64,000 bases of DNA from Eledone cirrhosa (taxonomy: Eukaryota): positions 99,386,001 through 99,450,000 of the forward strand of contig OZ024744.1 in the NCBI GenBank assembly GCA_964016885.1, in the 5' to 3' direction. Under the pieces are notes generated by a model that saw only the letters and a program-made list of their open reading frames with translations, made no database searches and had not been told where the DNA came from. This document shows, one piece after another, positions 21,901-36,900 of this stretch; within the stretch, counting starts at the first letter, position 1; every line of letters starts with the position of its first letter. A program made the position numbers and the translations under genes.

Positions 21901-24900
21901 TGTGGTACAGGATGTTAAGAGTTAATGTGATACAGTCATAATACTGTTTTGTACTTTTCAACAATGTCTTGTTAATGTGGTTTCATGTGGTACAGGATGT
22001 TAACAGTTAATGTGATATAGTCATAGTAGTGTTTTGTACTTTTCAAGTATGTCTTGTTAATGTGGTTATATGTGGTACAGGATGTTAAGAGTTAATGTGA
22101 TACAGTCATAGTACTGTTTTGTACTTTTCAACAATGTCTTGTTATTGTGGTTTCATGTGGTACAGGATGTTAAGAGTTAATGTGATACAGTCATAGTACT
22201 GTTTTGTACTTTTCAACATTGTCTTGTTAATGTGGTTTTGTGTGGTACAGGATGTTAACAGTTAATGTGATACAGTCATAGTACTGTTTTGTACTTTTCA
22301 ACAATATCTTGTTAATGTGGTTTCATGTGGTACAGGATGTTAAGAGTTAATGTGATACAGTCATAGTACTGTTTTGTACTTTTCAACAATGTCTTGTTAA
22401 TGTGGTTTCATGTGGTACAGGATGTTAAGAGTAAATGTGATACAGTCATAGTACTGTTTTGTACTTTTCAAGAATGTCTTGTTAATGTGGTTTCATGTGG
22501 TACAGGATGTTAAGAGTTAATGTGATACATTCATAGTACTGTTTTGTACTTTTCAACAATGTCTTGTTAATGTGGTTTCATGTGGTACAGGATGTTAACA
22601 GTTAATGTGATATAGTCATAGTAGTGTTTTGTACTTTTCAAGTATGTCTTGTTAATGTGGTTATATGTGGTACAGGATGTTAACAGTTAATGTGATACTG
22701 TCATAGTAGTGTTTTGTACTTTTCAAGAATGTCTTGTTAATGTGGTTTCAGGTGGTACAGGATTTTAACAGTTAATGTGATACTGTCATAGTACTGTTTT
22801 GTACTTTTCAACAATGTCTTGTTAATGTGGTTTCATGTGGTACAGGATGCTAAGAGTTAATGTGATACAGTCATAGTAGTGTTTTGTACTTTTCAACAAT
22901 GACTTGTTAATGTGGTTTAATGTGGTACAGGATGTTAAGAGTTAATGTGATACAGTCATAGTACTGTTTTGTACTTTTCAACAATGTCTTGTTAATGTGG
23001 TTTCATGTGGTACAGGATGCTAAGAGTTAATGTGATACAGTCATAGTAGTGTTTTGTACTTTTCAACAATGTCTTGTTAATGTGGTTTAATGTTGTACAG
23101 GATGTTAAGAGTTAATGTGATACAGTCATAGTACTGTTTTGTACTTTTCAACAATGTCTTGTTAATGTGGTTTCATGTGGTACAGGATGCTAAGAGTTAA
23201 TGTGATACAGTCATAGTAGTGTTTTGTACTTTTCAACAATGTCTTGTTAATGTGGTTTAATGTGGTACAGGATGTTAAGAGTTAATGTGACACAGTCATA
23301 GTACTGTTTTGTACTTTTCAACAGTGTCTTGTTAATGTGGTTTCATGTGGTACAGGATGTTAATAGGTAATGTGATACAGTCATAGTACTGTTTTGTACT
23401 TTTCAACAGTGTCTTGTTATTGTGGTTTCATGTGGTACTGGATGTTAACAGTTAATGTGATACAGTCATAGTACTGTTTTGTACTTTTCAACAATGTCTT
23501 GTTATTGTGGTTTCATGTGGTACAGGATGTTAAGAGTTAATGTGATACAGTCATAGTACTGTTTTGTACTTTTCAACAATGTCTTGTTAATTTGGTTTCA
23601 TGTGGTACAGGATGTTATGAGTTAATGTGATACAGTCATAGTACTGTTTTGTACTTTTCAAGAATGTCTTGCTAATGTGGTTTCATGTGGTACAGGATGT
23701 TAACAGTTAATGTGATACAGTCATAGTACTGTTTTGTACTTTTCAACAATGTCTTGTTAATGTGGTTTCATGTGATACAGGATGTTAACAGTTAATGTGA
23801 TACAGTCATAGTACTGTTTTGTACTTTTCAACAATGTCTTGTTAATGTGGTTTCATGTGGTACAGGATGTTAAGTGTTAATGTGATACAGTCATAGTACT
23901 GTTTTGTACTTTTCAAGAATGTCTTGTTAATGTGGTTTCATGTGGTACAGGATGTTAAGAGTTAATGTGATACAGTGATAATACTGTTTTGTACTTTTCA
24001 AGAACGTCTTGTTAATGTGGTTTCATGTGGTACAGGATGTTAAGAGTTAATGTGATACAGTCATAATACTGTTTTGTACTTTTCAACAATGTCTTGTTAA
24101 TGTGGTTTCATGTGGTACAGGATGTTAACAGTTAATGTGATATAGTCATAGTAGTGTTTTGTACTTTTCAAGTATGTCTTGTTAATGTGGTTATATGTGG
24201 TACAGGATGTTAAGAGTTAATGTGATACAGTCATAGTACTGTTTTGTACTTTTCAACAATGTCTTGTTATTGTGGTTTCATGTGGTACAGGATGTTAAGA
24301 GTTAATGTGATACAGTCATAGTACTGTTTTGTACTTTTCAACATTGTCTTGTTAATGTGTTTTTGTGTGGTACAGGATGTTAACAGTTAATGTGATACAG
24401 TCATAGTACTGTTTTGTACTTTTCAACAATATCTTGTTAATGTGGTTTCATGTGGTACAGGATGTTAAGAGTTAATGTGATACAGTCATAGTACTGTTTT
24501 GTACTTTTCAACAATGTCTTGTTAATGTGGTTTCAAGTGGTACAGGATGTTAAGAGTAAATGTGATACAGTCATAGTACTGTTTTGTACTTTTCAAGAAT
24601 GTCTTGTTAATGTGGTTTCATGTGGTACAGGATGTTAAGAGTTAATGTGATACATTCATAGTACTGTTTTGTACTTTTCAACAATGTCTTGTTAATGTGG
24701 TTTCATGTGGTACAGGATGTTAACAGTTAATGTGATATAGTCATAGTAGTGTTTTGTACTTTTCAAGTATGTCTTGTTAATGTGGTTATATGTGGTACAG
24801 GATGTTAACAGTTAATGTGATACTGTCATAGTAGTGTTTTGTACTTTTCAACAATGTCTTGTTAATGTGGTTTAATGTGGTACAGGATGTTAAGAGTTAA

Positions 24901-27900
24901 TGTGATACAGTCATAGTACTGTTTTGTACTTTTCAAGAATGTCTTGTTAATGTGGTTTCAGGTGGTACAGGATTTTAACAGTTAATGTGATACTGTCATA
25001 GTACTGTTTTGTACTTTTCAACAATGTCTTGTTAATGTGGTTTCATGTGGTACAGGATGCTAAGAGTTAATGTGATACAGTCATAGTAGTGTTTTGTACT
25101 TTTCAACAATGACTTGTTAATGTGGTTTAATGTGGTACAGGATGTTAAGAGTTAATGTGATACAGTCATAGTACTGTTTTGTACTTTTCAACAATGTCTT
25201 GTTAATGTGGTTTCATGTGGTACAGGATGCTAAGAGTTAATGTGATACAGTCATAGTAGTGTTTTGTACTTTTCAACAATGTCTTGTTAATGTGGTTTAA
25301 TGTTGTACAGGATGTTAAGAGTTAATGTGATACAGTCATAGTACTGTTTTGTACTTTTCAACAATGTCTTGTTAATGTGGTTTCATGTGGTACAGGATGC
25401 TAAGAGTTAATGTGATACAGTCATAGTAGTGTTTTGTACTTTTCAACAATGTCTTGTTAATGTGGTTTAATGTGGTACAGGATGTTAAGAGTTAATGTGA
25501 CACAGTCATAGTACTGTTTTGTACTTTTCAACAGTGTCTTGTTAATGTGGTTTCATGTGGTACAGGATGTTAATAGGTAATGTGATACAGTCATAGTACT
25601 GTTTTGTACTTTTCAACAGTGTCTTGTTATTGTGGTTTCATGTGGTACTGGATGTTAACAGTTAATGTGATACAGTCATAGTACTGTTTTGTACTTTTCA
25701 ACAATGTCTTGTTATTGTGGTTTCATGTGGTACAGGATGTTAAGAGTTAATGTGATACAGTCATAGTACTGTTTTGTACTTTTCAACAATGTCTTGTTAA
25801 TTTGGTTTCATGTGGTACAGGATGTTATGAGTTAATGTGATACAGTCATAGTACTGTTTTGTACTTTTCAAGAATGTCTTGCTAATGTGGTTTCATGTGG
25901 TACAGGATGTTAACAGTTAATGTGATACAGTCATAGTACTGTTTTGTACTTTTCAACAATGTCTTGTTAATGTGGTTTCATGTGATACAGGATGTTAACA
26001 GTTAATGTGATACAGTCATAGTACTGTTTTGTACTTTTCAACAATGTCTTGTTAATGAGGTTTCATGTGTTACAGGATGTTAAGTGTTAATGTGATACAG
26101 TCATAGTACTGTTTTGTACTTTTCAAGAATGTCTTGTTAATGTGGTTTCATGTGGTACAGGATGCTAAGAGTTAATGTGATACAGTCATAGTACTGTTTT
26201 GTACTTTTCAACAGTGTCTTGTTAATGTGGTTTCATGTGGTACAGGATGTTAATAGTTAATGTGATACAGTCATAGTAGTGTTTTGTACTTTTCAACAGT
26301 GTCTTGTTAATGTGGTTTCATGTGGTACAGGATGTTAACAGTTAATGTGATACAGTCATAGTACTGTTTTGTACTTTTCAAGAATGTCTTGCTAATGTGG
26401 TTTCATGTGGTACAGGATGTTAAGAGTTAATGTGATACAGTGATAATACTGTTTTGTAGTTTTCAACAATATCTTGTTAATGTGGTTTCATGTGGTACAG
26501 GATGTTAAGAGTTAATGTGATACAGTCATAGTACTGTTTTGTACTTTTCAACAATGTCTTGTTAATGTGGTTTCATGTGGTACAGGATGTTAAGAATAAA
26601 TGTGATACAGTCATAGTACTGTTTTGTACTTTTCAAGAACGTCTTGTTAATGTGGTTTCATGTGGTACAGGATGTTAAGAGTTAATGTGATACAGTCATA
26701 ATACTGTTTTGTACTTTTCAACAATGTCTTGTTAATGTGGTTTCATGTGGTACAGGATGTTAACAGTTAATGTGATATAGTCATAGTAGTGTTTTGTACT
26801 TTTCAAGTATGTCTTGTTAATGTGGTTATATGTGGTACAGGATGTTAAGAGTTAATGTGATACAGTCATAGTACTGTTTTGTACTTTTCAACAATGTCTT
26901 GTTATTGTGGTTTCATGTGGTACAGGATGTTAAGAGTTAATGTGATACAGTCATAGTACTGTTTTGTACTTTTCAACATTGTCTTGTTAATGTGGTTTTG
27001 TGTGGTACAGGATGTTAACAGTTAATGTGATACAGTCATAGTACTGTTTTGTACTTTTCAACAATATCTTGTTAATGTGGTTTCATGTGGTACAGGATGT
27101 TAAGAGTTAATGTGATACAGTCATAGTACTGTTTTGTACTTTTCAACAATGTCTTGTTAATGTGGTTTCATGTGGTACAGGATGTTAAGAGTAAATGTGA
27201 TACAGTCATAGTACTGTTTTGTACTTTTCAAGAATGTCTTGTTAATGTGGTTTCATGTGGTACAGGATGTTAAGAGTTAATGTGATACATTCATAGTACT
27301 GTTTTGTACTTTTCAACAATGTCTTGTTAATGTGGTTTCATGTGGTACAGGATGTTAACAGTTAATGTGATATAGTCATAGTAGTGTTTTGTACTTTTCA
27401 AGTATGTCTTGTTAATGTGGTTATATGTGGTACAGGATGTTAACAGTTAATGTGATACTGTCATAGTAGTGTTTTGTACTTTTCAACAATGTCTTGTTAA
27501 TGTGGTTTAATGTGGTACAGGATGTTAAGAGTTAATGTGATACAGTCATAGTACTGTTTTGTACTTTTCAAGAATGTCTTGTTAATGTTGTTTCATGTGG
27601 TACATGATTTTAACAGTTAATGTGATACTGTCATAGTACTGTTTTGTACTTTTCAACAATGTCTTGTTATTGTGGTTTCATGAGGTACAGGATGTTAACA
27701 GTTAATGTGATACAGTCATCGTACTGTTTTGTACTTTTCAACAATGTCTTGTTAATGTGGTTTCATGTGGTACAGGATGTTAACAGTTAATGTGATACAG
27801 TCATAGTACTGTTTTGTACTTTTCAACAGTGTCTTGTTAATGTGGTTTCATGTGGTACAGGATGTTAACAGTTAATGTGATACAGTCATAGTACTGTTTT

Positions 27901-30900
27901 GTACTTTTCAAGAATTTCTTGCTAATGTGGTTTCATGTGGTACAGGATGTTAACAGTTAATGTGATACAGTCATAGTACTGTTTTGTACTTTTCAACAAT
28001 GTCTTGTTAATGTGGTTTCATGTATTACAGGATGTTAACAGTTAATGTGATACAGTCATAATACTGTTTTGTACTTTTCAACAATGTCTTGTTAATGTGG
28101 TTTCCCGTTGTACAGGATGTTAATAGTTAATGTGATACAGTCATAGTACTGTTTTGTACTTTTCAACAATGTCTTGTTAATGTGGTTTCATGTGGTACAG
28201 GATGTTAAGAGTTAATGTGACACAGTCATAGTACTGTTTTGTACTTTTCAACAGTGTCTTGTTAATGTGGTTTCATGTGGTACAGGATGTTAAGAGTTAA
28301 TGTGATACAGTGATAATACTGTTTTGTAGTTTTTCAACAATATCTTGTTAATGTGGTTTCATGTGGTACAGGATGTTAAGAGTTAATGTGATACAGTCAT
28401 AGTACTGTTTTGTACTTTTCAACAATGTCTTGTTAATGTGGTTTCATGTGGTACAGGATGTTAAGAATAAATGTGATACAGTCATAGTACTGTTTTGTAC
28501 TTTTCAAGAACGTCTTGTTAATGTGGTTTCATGTGGTACAGGATGTTAAGAGTTAATGTGATACAGTCATTATACTGTTTTGTACTTTTGAACAATGTCT
28601 TGTTAATATGGTTTCATGTGGTACAGGATGTTAACAGTTAATGTGATATAGTCATAGTAGTGTTTTGTACTTTTCAAGTATGTCTTGTTAATGTGGTTAT
28701 ATGTGGTACAGGATGTTAACAGTTAATGTGATACAGTCATAGTAGTGTTTTGTACTTTTCAAGTATGTCTTGTTAATGTGGTTTCATGTGGTACAGGATG
28801 TTAAGAGTTAATGTGATACAGTCATAGTACTGTTTCATACTTTTCAACAATGTCTTGTTAACGTGGTTTCATGTGGTACAGGATGTTAAGAGTTAATGTG
28901 ATACAGTCATAATACTGTTTTGTAGTTTTCAACAATATCTTGTTAATGTGGTTTCATGTGGTACAGGATGTTAAGAGTTAATGTGATACAGTCATAGTAC
29001 TGTTTTGTACTTTTCAACAATGTCTTGTTATTGTGGTTTAATGTGGTACAGGATGTTAAGAGTTAATGTGATACCGTCATAGTACTGTTTTGTACTTTTC
29101 AACAATGTCTTGTTAATGTGGTTTTGTGTGGTACAGGATGTTAACAGTTAATGTGATACAGTCATAGTACTGTTTTGTACTTTTCAACAGTGTCTTGTTA
29201 ATGTGGTTTCATGTGGTACAGGATGTTAACAGTTAATGTGATACAGTCATAGTACTGTTTTGTACTTCTCAAGAATGTCTTGCTAATGTGGTTTCATGTG
29301 GTACAGGATGTTAAGAGTTAATGTGATACAGTCATAGTACTGTTTTGTACTTTTCAACAATGTTTTGTTAATGTGGTTTCATGTGGTACAGGATGTTAAG
29401 AGTAAATGTGATACAGTCATAGTACTGTTTTGTACTTTTCAAGAATGTCTTGTTAATGTGGTTTCATGTGGTACAGGATGTTAAGAGTTAATGTGATACA
29501 GTCATAGTACTGTTTTGTACTTTTCAACAATGTCTTGTTAATGTGGTTTCATGTGGTACAGGATGTTAACAGTTAATGTGATACAGTCATAGTACTGTTT
29601 TGTACTTTTCAACAATGTCTTGTTAATGTGGTTTCATGTATTACAGGATGTTAACAGTTAATGTGATACAGTCATAATACTGTTTTGTACTTTTCAACAA
29701 TGTCTTGTTAATGTGGTTTCATGTGGTACAGGATGTTAACAGTTAATGTGATACAGTCATTGTACTGTTTTGTACTTTTCAAGAATGTCTTGTTAATGTG
29801 GTTTCATGTGGTACAGGATGTTAACAGTTAATGTGATACAGTCATAGTACTGTTTTGTACTTTTCAACAATGTCTTGTTAATGTGGTTTCATGTGGTACA
29901 GGATGTTAAGAGTGAATGTGATACACTCATAGTACTGTTTTGTACTGTTCAACAATATCTTGTTAATGTGGTTTCATGTGGTACAGGATGTTAAGAGTGA
30001 ATGTGATACAGTCATAGTACTGTTTTGTACTTTTCAACAGTGTCTTGTTATTGTGGTTTCATGTGGTACTGGATGTTAACAGTTAATGTGATACAGTCAT
30101 AGTACTGTTTTGTACTTTTCAAGAATGTCTTGCTAATCTGGTTTCATGTGGTACAGGATGTTAACAGTTAATGTGATACAGTCATAGTCCTGTTTTGTAC
30201 TTTTCAACAATGTCTTGTTAATGTGGTTTCATGTGATACAGGATGTTAACAGTTAATGTGATACAGTCATAGTACTGTTTTGTACTTTTCAACAATGTCT
30301 TGTTAATGTGGTTTCATGTGGTACAGGATGTTAAGTGTTAATGTGATACAGTCATAGTACTGTTTTGTACTTTTCAAGAATGTCTTGTTAATGTGGTTTC
30401 ATGTGGTACAGGATGCTAACAGTTAATGTGATACAGTCATAGTACTGTTTTGTACTTTTCAAGAATGTCTTGCTAATGTGGTTTCATGTGGTACAGGATG
30501 TTAACAGTTAATGTGATACAGTCATAGTACTGTTTTGTACTTTTCAACAATGTCTTGTTAATGTGGTTTCATGTATTACAGGATGTTAACAGTTAATGTG
30601 ATACAGTCATAATACTGTTTTGTACTTTTCAACAATGTCTTGTTAATGTGGTTTCCCGTTGTACAGGATGTTAATAGTTAATGTGATACAGTCATAGTAC
30701 TGTTTTGTACTTTTCAACAGTGTCTTGTTAATGTGATTTCATGTGGTACAGGATGTTAACAGTTAATGTGATACAGTCATAGTACTGTTTTGTACTTTTC
30801 AAGAATGTCTTGTTAATGTGGTTTCATGTGGTACAGGATGCTAAGATTTAATGTGATACAGTCATAGTTCTGTTTTGTACTTTTCAACAGTGTCTTGTTA

Positions 30901-33900
30901 ATGTGGTTTCATGTGGTACAGGATGTTAATAGTTAATGTGATACAGTCATAGTAGTGTTTTGTACTTTTCAACAGTGTCTTGTTATTGTGGTTTCATGTG
31001 GTACTGGATGTTAACAGTTAATGTGATACAGTCATAGTACTGTTTTGTACTTTTCAACAATGTCTTGTTATTGTGGTTTCATGTGGTACAGGATGTTAAG
31101 AGTTAATGTGATACAGTCATAGTACTGTTTTGTACTTTTCAAGAATGTCTTGCTAATGTGGTTTCATGTGGTACAAGATGTTAACAGTTAATGTGATACA
31201 GTCATAGTACTGTTTTGTACTTTTCAACAATGTCTTGTTAATGTGGTTTCATGTGGTACAGGATGTTAACAGTTAATGTGATACAGTCATAGTACTGTTT
31301 TGTACTTTTCAACAATGTCTTGTTAATGTGGTTTCATGTGGTACAGGATGTTAAGAGTTAATGTGGTACAGTCATAGTACTGTTTTGTACTTTTCAACAA
31401 TGCCTTGCTAATGTGGTTTCATGTGGTAGAGGATGTTAACAGTTAATGTGATACAGTCATAGTACTGTTTTGTACTTTTCAACAATGTCTTGCTAATGTG
31501 GTTTCATGTGGTACAGGAAGTTAAGAGTTAATGTGATACAGTCATAGTACTGTTTTGTACTTTTCTAGTATGTCTTGTTAATGTGGTTTCATGTGGTACA
31601 GGATGTTAAGAGTGAATGTGATACAGTTATAGTACTGTTTTGTACTTTTCAACAATGTCTTGTTAATGTGGTTTCATGTGGTACACGATGTTAAGAGTTA
31701 ATGTGATACAGTCATAGTACTGTTTTCTACTTTTCAACAGTGTCTTGTTAATGTGGTTTCATGTGGTACAGGATGTTAAGAGTTAATGTGATACAGTCAT
31801 AGTACTGTTTTGTACTTTTGAACAATGTCTTGTTAATGTGGTTTTGTGTGGTACAGGATGTTAACAGTTAATGTGATACAGTCATAGTACTATTTTGTAC
31901 TTTTCAACAATATCTTGTTAACGTGGTTTCATGTTGGACAGGATGTTAACAGTTAATGTGATACAGTCATAGTACTGTTTTGTACTTTTCAACAATTTCT
32001 TGTTAATGTGGTTTCATGTGGTACAGGATGTTAACAGTTAATGTGATATAGTCATAGTAGTGTTTTGTACTTTTCAAGTATGTCTTGTTAATGTGGTTAT
32101 ATGTGGTACAGGATGTTAACAGTTAATGTGATACAGTCATAGTAGTGTTTTGTACTTTTCAAGTATGTCTTGTTAATGTGGTTTCATGTGGTACAGGATG
32201 TTAAGAGTTAATGTGATACAGTCATAGTACTGTTTCATACTTTTCAACAATGTCTTGTTAACGTGGTTTCATGTGGTACAGGATGTTAAGAGTTAATGTG
32301 ATACAGTCATAATACTGTTTTGTAGTTTTCAACAATATCTTGTTAATGTGGTTTCATGTGGTACAGGATGTTAAGAGTTAATGTGATACAGTCATAGTAC
32401 TGTTTTGTACTTTTCAACAATGTCTTGTTATTGTGGTTTCATGTGGTACAGGATGTTAAGAGTTAATGTGATACCGTCATAGTACTGTTTCGTACTTTTC
32501 AACAATGTCTTGTTAATGTGGTTTTGTGTGGTACAGGATGTTAACAGTTAATGTGATACAGTCATAGTACTGTTTTGTACTTTTCAACAGTGTCTTGTTA
32601 ATGTGGTTTCATGTGGTACAGGATGTTAACAGTTAATGTGTTACAGTCATAGTACTGTTTTGTACTTCTCAAGAATGTCTTGCTAATGTGGTTTCATGTG
32701 GTACAGGATGTTAAGAGTTAATGTGATACAGTCATAGTACTGTTTTGTACTTTTCAACAATGTTTTGTTAATGTGGTTTCATGTGGTACAGGATGTTAAG
32801 AGTAAATGTGATACAGTCATAGTACTGTTTTGTACTTTTCAAGAATGTCTTGTTAATGTGGTTTCATGTGGTACAGGATGTTAAGAGTTAATGTGATACA
32901 GTCATAGTACTGTTTTGTACTTTTCAACAATGTCTTGTTAATGTGGTTTCATGTGGTACAGGATGTTAACAGTTAATGTGATACAGTCATAGTACTGTTT
33001 TGTACTTTTCAACAATGTCTTGTTAATGTGGTTTCATGTATTACAGGATGTTAACAGTTAATGTGATACAGTCATAATACTGTTTTGTACTTTTCAACAA
33101 TGTCTTGTTAATGTGGTTTCATGTGGTACAGGATGTTAACAGTTAATGTGATACAGTCATTGTACTGTTTTGTACTTTTCAAGAATGTCTTGTTAATGTG
33201 GTTTCATGTGGTACAGGATGTTAACAGTTAATGTGATACAGTCATAGTACTGTTTTGTACTTTTCAACAATGTCTTGTTAATGTGGTTTCATGTGGTACA
33301 GGATGTTAAGAGTGAATGTGATACACTCATAGTACTGTTTTGTACTGTTCAACAATATCTTGTTAATGTGGTTTCATGTGGTACAGGATGTTAAGAGTGA
33401 ATGTGATACAGTCATAGTACTGTTTTGTACTTTTCAACAGTGTCTTGTTATTGTGGTTTCATGTGGTACTGGATGTTAACAGTTAATGTGATACAGTCAT
33501 AGTACTGTTTTGTACTTTTCAAGAATGTCTTGCTAATCTGGTTTCATGTGGTACAGGATGTTAACAGTTAATGTGATACAGTCATAGTCCTGTTTTGTAC
33601 TTTTCAACAATGTCTTGTTAATGTGGTTTCATGTGATACAGGATGTTAACAGTTAATGTGATACAGTCATAGTACTGTTTTGTACTTTTCAACAATGTCT
33701 TGTTAATGTGGTTTCATGTGGTACAGGATGTTAAGTGTTAATGTGATACAGTCATAGTACTGTTTTGTACTTTTCAAGAATGTCTTGTTAATGTGGTTTC
33801 ATGTGGTACAGGATGCTAACAGTTAATGTGATACAGTCATAGTACTGTTTTGTACTTTTCAAGAATGTCTTGCTAATGTGGTTTCATGTGGTACAGGATG

Positions 33901-36900
33901 TTAACAGTTAATGTGATACAGTCATAGTACTGTTTTGTACTTTTCAACAATGTCTTGTTAATGTGGTTTCATGTATTACAGGATGTTAACAGTTAATGTG
34001 ATACAGTCATAATACTGTTTTGTACTTTTCAACAATGTCTTGTTAATGTGGTTTCCCGTTGTACAGGATGTTAATAGTTAATGTGATACAGTCATAGTAC
34101 TGTTTTGTACTTTTCAACAGTGTCTTGTTAATGTGATTTCATGTGGTACAGGATGTTAACAGTTAATGTGATACAGTCATAGTACTGTTTTGTACTTTTC
34201 AAGAATGTCTTGTTAATGTGGTTTCATGTGGTACAGGATGCTAAGATTTAATGTGATACAGTCATAGTTCTGTTTTGTACTTTTCAACAGTGTCTTGTTA
34301 ATGTGGTTTCATGTGGTACAGGATGTTAATAGTTAATGTGATACAGTCATAGTAGTGTTTTGTACTTTTCAACAGTGTCTTGTTATTGTGGTTTCATGTG
34401 GTACTGGATGTTAACAGTTAATGTGATACAGTCATAGTACTGTTTTGTACTTTTCAACAATGTCTTGTTATTGTGGTTTCATGTGGTACAGGATGTTAAG
34501 AGTTAATGTGATACAGTCATAGTACTGTTTTGTACTTTTCAAGAATGTCTTGCTAATGTGGTTTCATGTGGTACAAGATGTTAACAGTTAATGTGATACA
34601 GTCATAGTACTGTTTTGTACTTTTCAACAATGTCTTGTTAATGTGGTTTCATGTGGTACAGGATGTTAACAGTTAATGTGATACAGTCATAGTACTGTTT
34701 TGTACTTTTCAACAATGTCTTGTTAATGTGGTTTCATGTGGTACAGGATGTTAAGAGTTAATGTGGTACAGTCATAGTACTGTTTTGTACTTTTCAACAA
34801 TGCCTTGCTAATGTGGTTTCATGTGGTAGAGGATGTTAACAGTTAATGTGATACAGTCATAGTACTGTTTTGTACTTTTCAACAATGTCTTGCTAATGTG
34901 GTTTCATGTGGTACAGGAAGTTAAGAGTTAATGTGATACAGTCATAGTACTGTTTTGTACTTTTCTAGTATGTCTTGTTAATGTGGTTTCATGTGGTACA
35001 GGATGTTAAGAGTGAATGTGATACAGTTATAGTACTGTTTTGTACTTTTCAACAATGTCTTGTTAATGTGGTTTCATGTGGTACACGATGTTAAGAGTTA
35101 ATGTGATACAGTCATAGTACTGTTTTCTACTTTTCAACAGTGTCTTGTTAATGTGGTTTCATGTGGTACAGGATGTTAAGAGTTAATGTGATACAGTCAT
35201 AGTACTGTTTTGTACTTTTGAACAATGTCTTGTTAATGTGGTTTTGTGTGGTACAGGATGTTAACAGTTAATGTGATACAGTCATAGTACTATTTTGTAC
35301 TTTTCAACAATATCTTGTTAACGTGGTTTCATGTTGGACAGGATGTTAACAGTTAATGTGATACAGTCATAGTACTGTTTTGTACTTTTCAACAATTTCT
35401 TGTTAATGTGGTTTCTTGTGGTACAGGATGTTAACAGTTAATGTGATACTGTCATAGTACTGTTTTGTACTTTTCAACAATGTCTTGTTATTGTGGTTTC
35501 ATGAGGTACAGGATGTTAACAGTTAATGTGATACTGTCATAGTACTGTTTTGTACTTTTCAACAATGTCTTGTTAATGTGGTTTCATGTGGTACACGATG
35601 TTAAGAGTTAATGTGATACAGTCATAGTAGTGTTTTGTACTTTTCAACAATGTCTTGTTAATGTGGTTTAATGTGGTACAGGATGTTAAGAGTTAATGTG
35701 ATACAGTCATAGTACCGTTTTGTACTTTTCAACAATGTCTTGTTAATGTGGTTTCATGTGGTACAGGATGCTAAGAGTTAATGTGATACAGTCATAGTAG
35801 TGTTTTGTACTTTTCAACAATGTCTTGTTAATGTGGTTTAATGTGGTACAGGATGTTAAGAGTTAATGTGACACAGTCATAGTACTGTTTTGTACTTTTC
35901 AACAGTGTCTTGTTAATGTGGTTTCATGTGGTACAGGATGTTAAGAGTTAATGTGATACAGTGATAATACTGATTTGTAGTTTTCAACAATATCTTGTTA
36001 ATGTGGTTTCATGTGGTACAGGATGTTAAGAGTTAATGTGATACAGTCATAGTACTGTTTTGTACTTTTCAACAATGTCTTGTTAATGTGGTTTCATGTG
36101 GTACAGGATGTTAAGAATAAATGTGATACAGTCATAGTACTGTTTTGTACTTTTCAAGAACGTCTTGTTAATGTGGTTTCATGTGGTACAGGATGTTAAG
36201 AGTTAATGTGATACAGTCATAGTACTGTTTTGTACTTTTCAACAATGTCTTGTTAATGTGGTTTCATGTGGTACAGGATGTTAACAGTTAATGTGATATA
36301 GTCATAGTCGTGTTTTGTACTTTTCAAGTATGTCTTGTTAATGTGGTTATATGTGGTACAGAATGTTAACAGTTAATGTGATACAGTCATAGTAGTGTTT
36401 TGTACTTTTCAAGTATGTCTTGTTAATGTGGTTTCATGTGGTACAGGATGTTAAGAGTTAATGTGATACAGTCATAGTACTGTTTCATACTTTTCAACAA
36501 TGTCTTGTTAACGTGGTTTCATGTGGTACAGGATGTTAAGAGTTAATGTGATACAGTCATAATACTGTTTTGTAGTTTTCAACAATATCTTGTTAATGTG
36601 GTTTCATGTGGTACAGGATGTTAAGAGTTAATGTGATACAGTCATAGTACTGTTTTGTACTTTTCAACAATGTCTTGTTATTGTGGTTTCATGTGGTACA
36701 GGATGTTAAGAGTTAATGTGATACAGTCATAGTACTGTTTTGTACTTTTCAACAATGTCTTGTTAATGTGGTTTTGTGTGGTACAGGATGTTAACAGTTA
36801 ATGTGATACAGTCATAGTACTGTTTTGTACTTTTCAACAATGTCTTGTTAATGTGGTTTCATGTGGTACAGGATGTTAAGAGTTAATGTGATACAGTCAT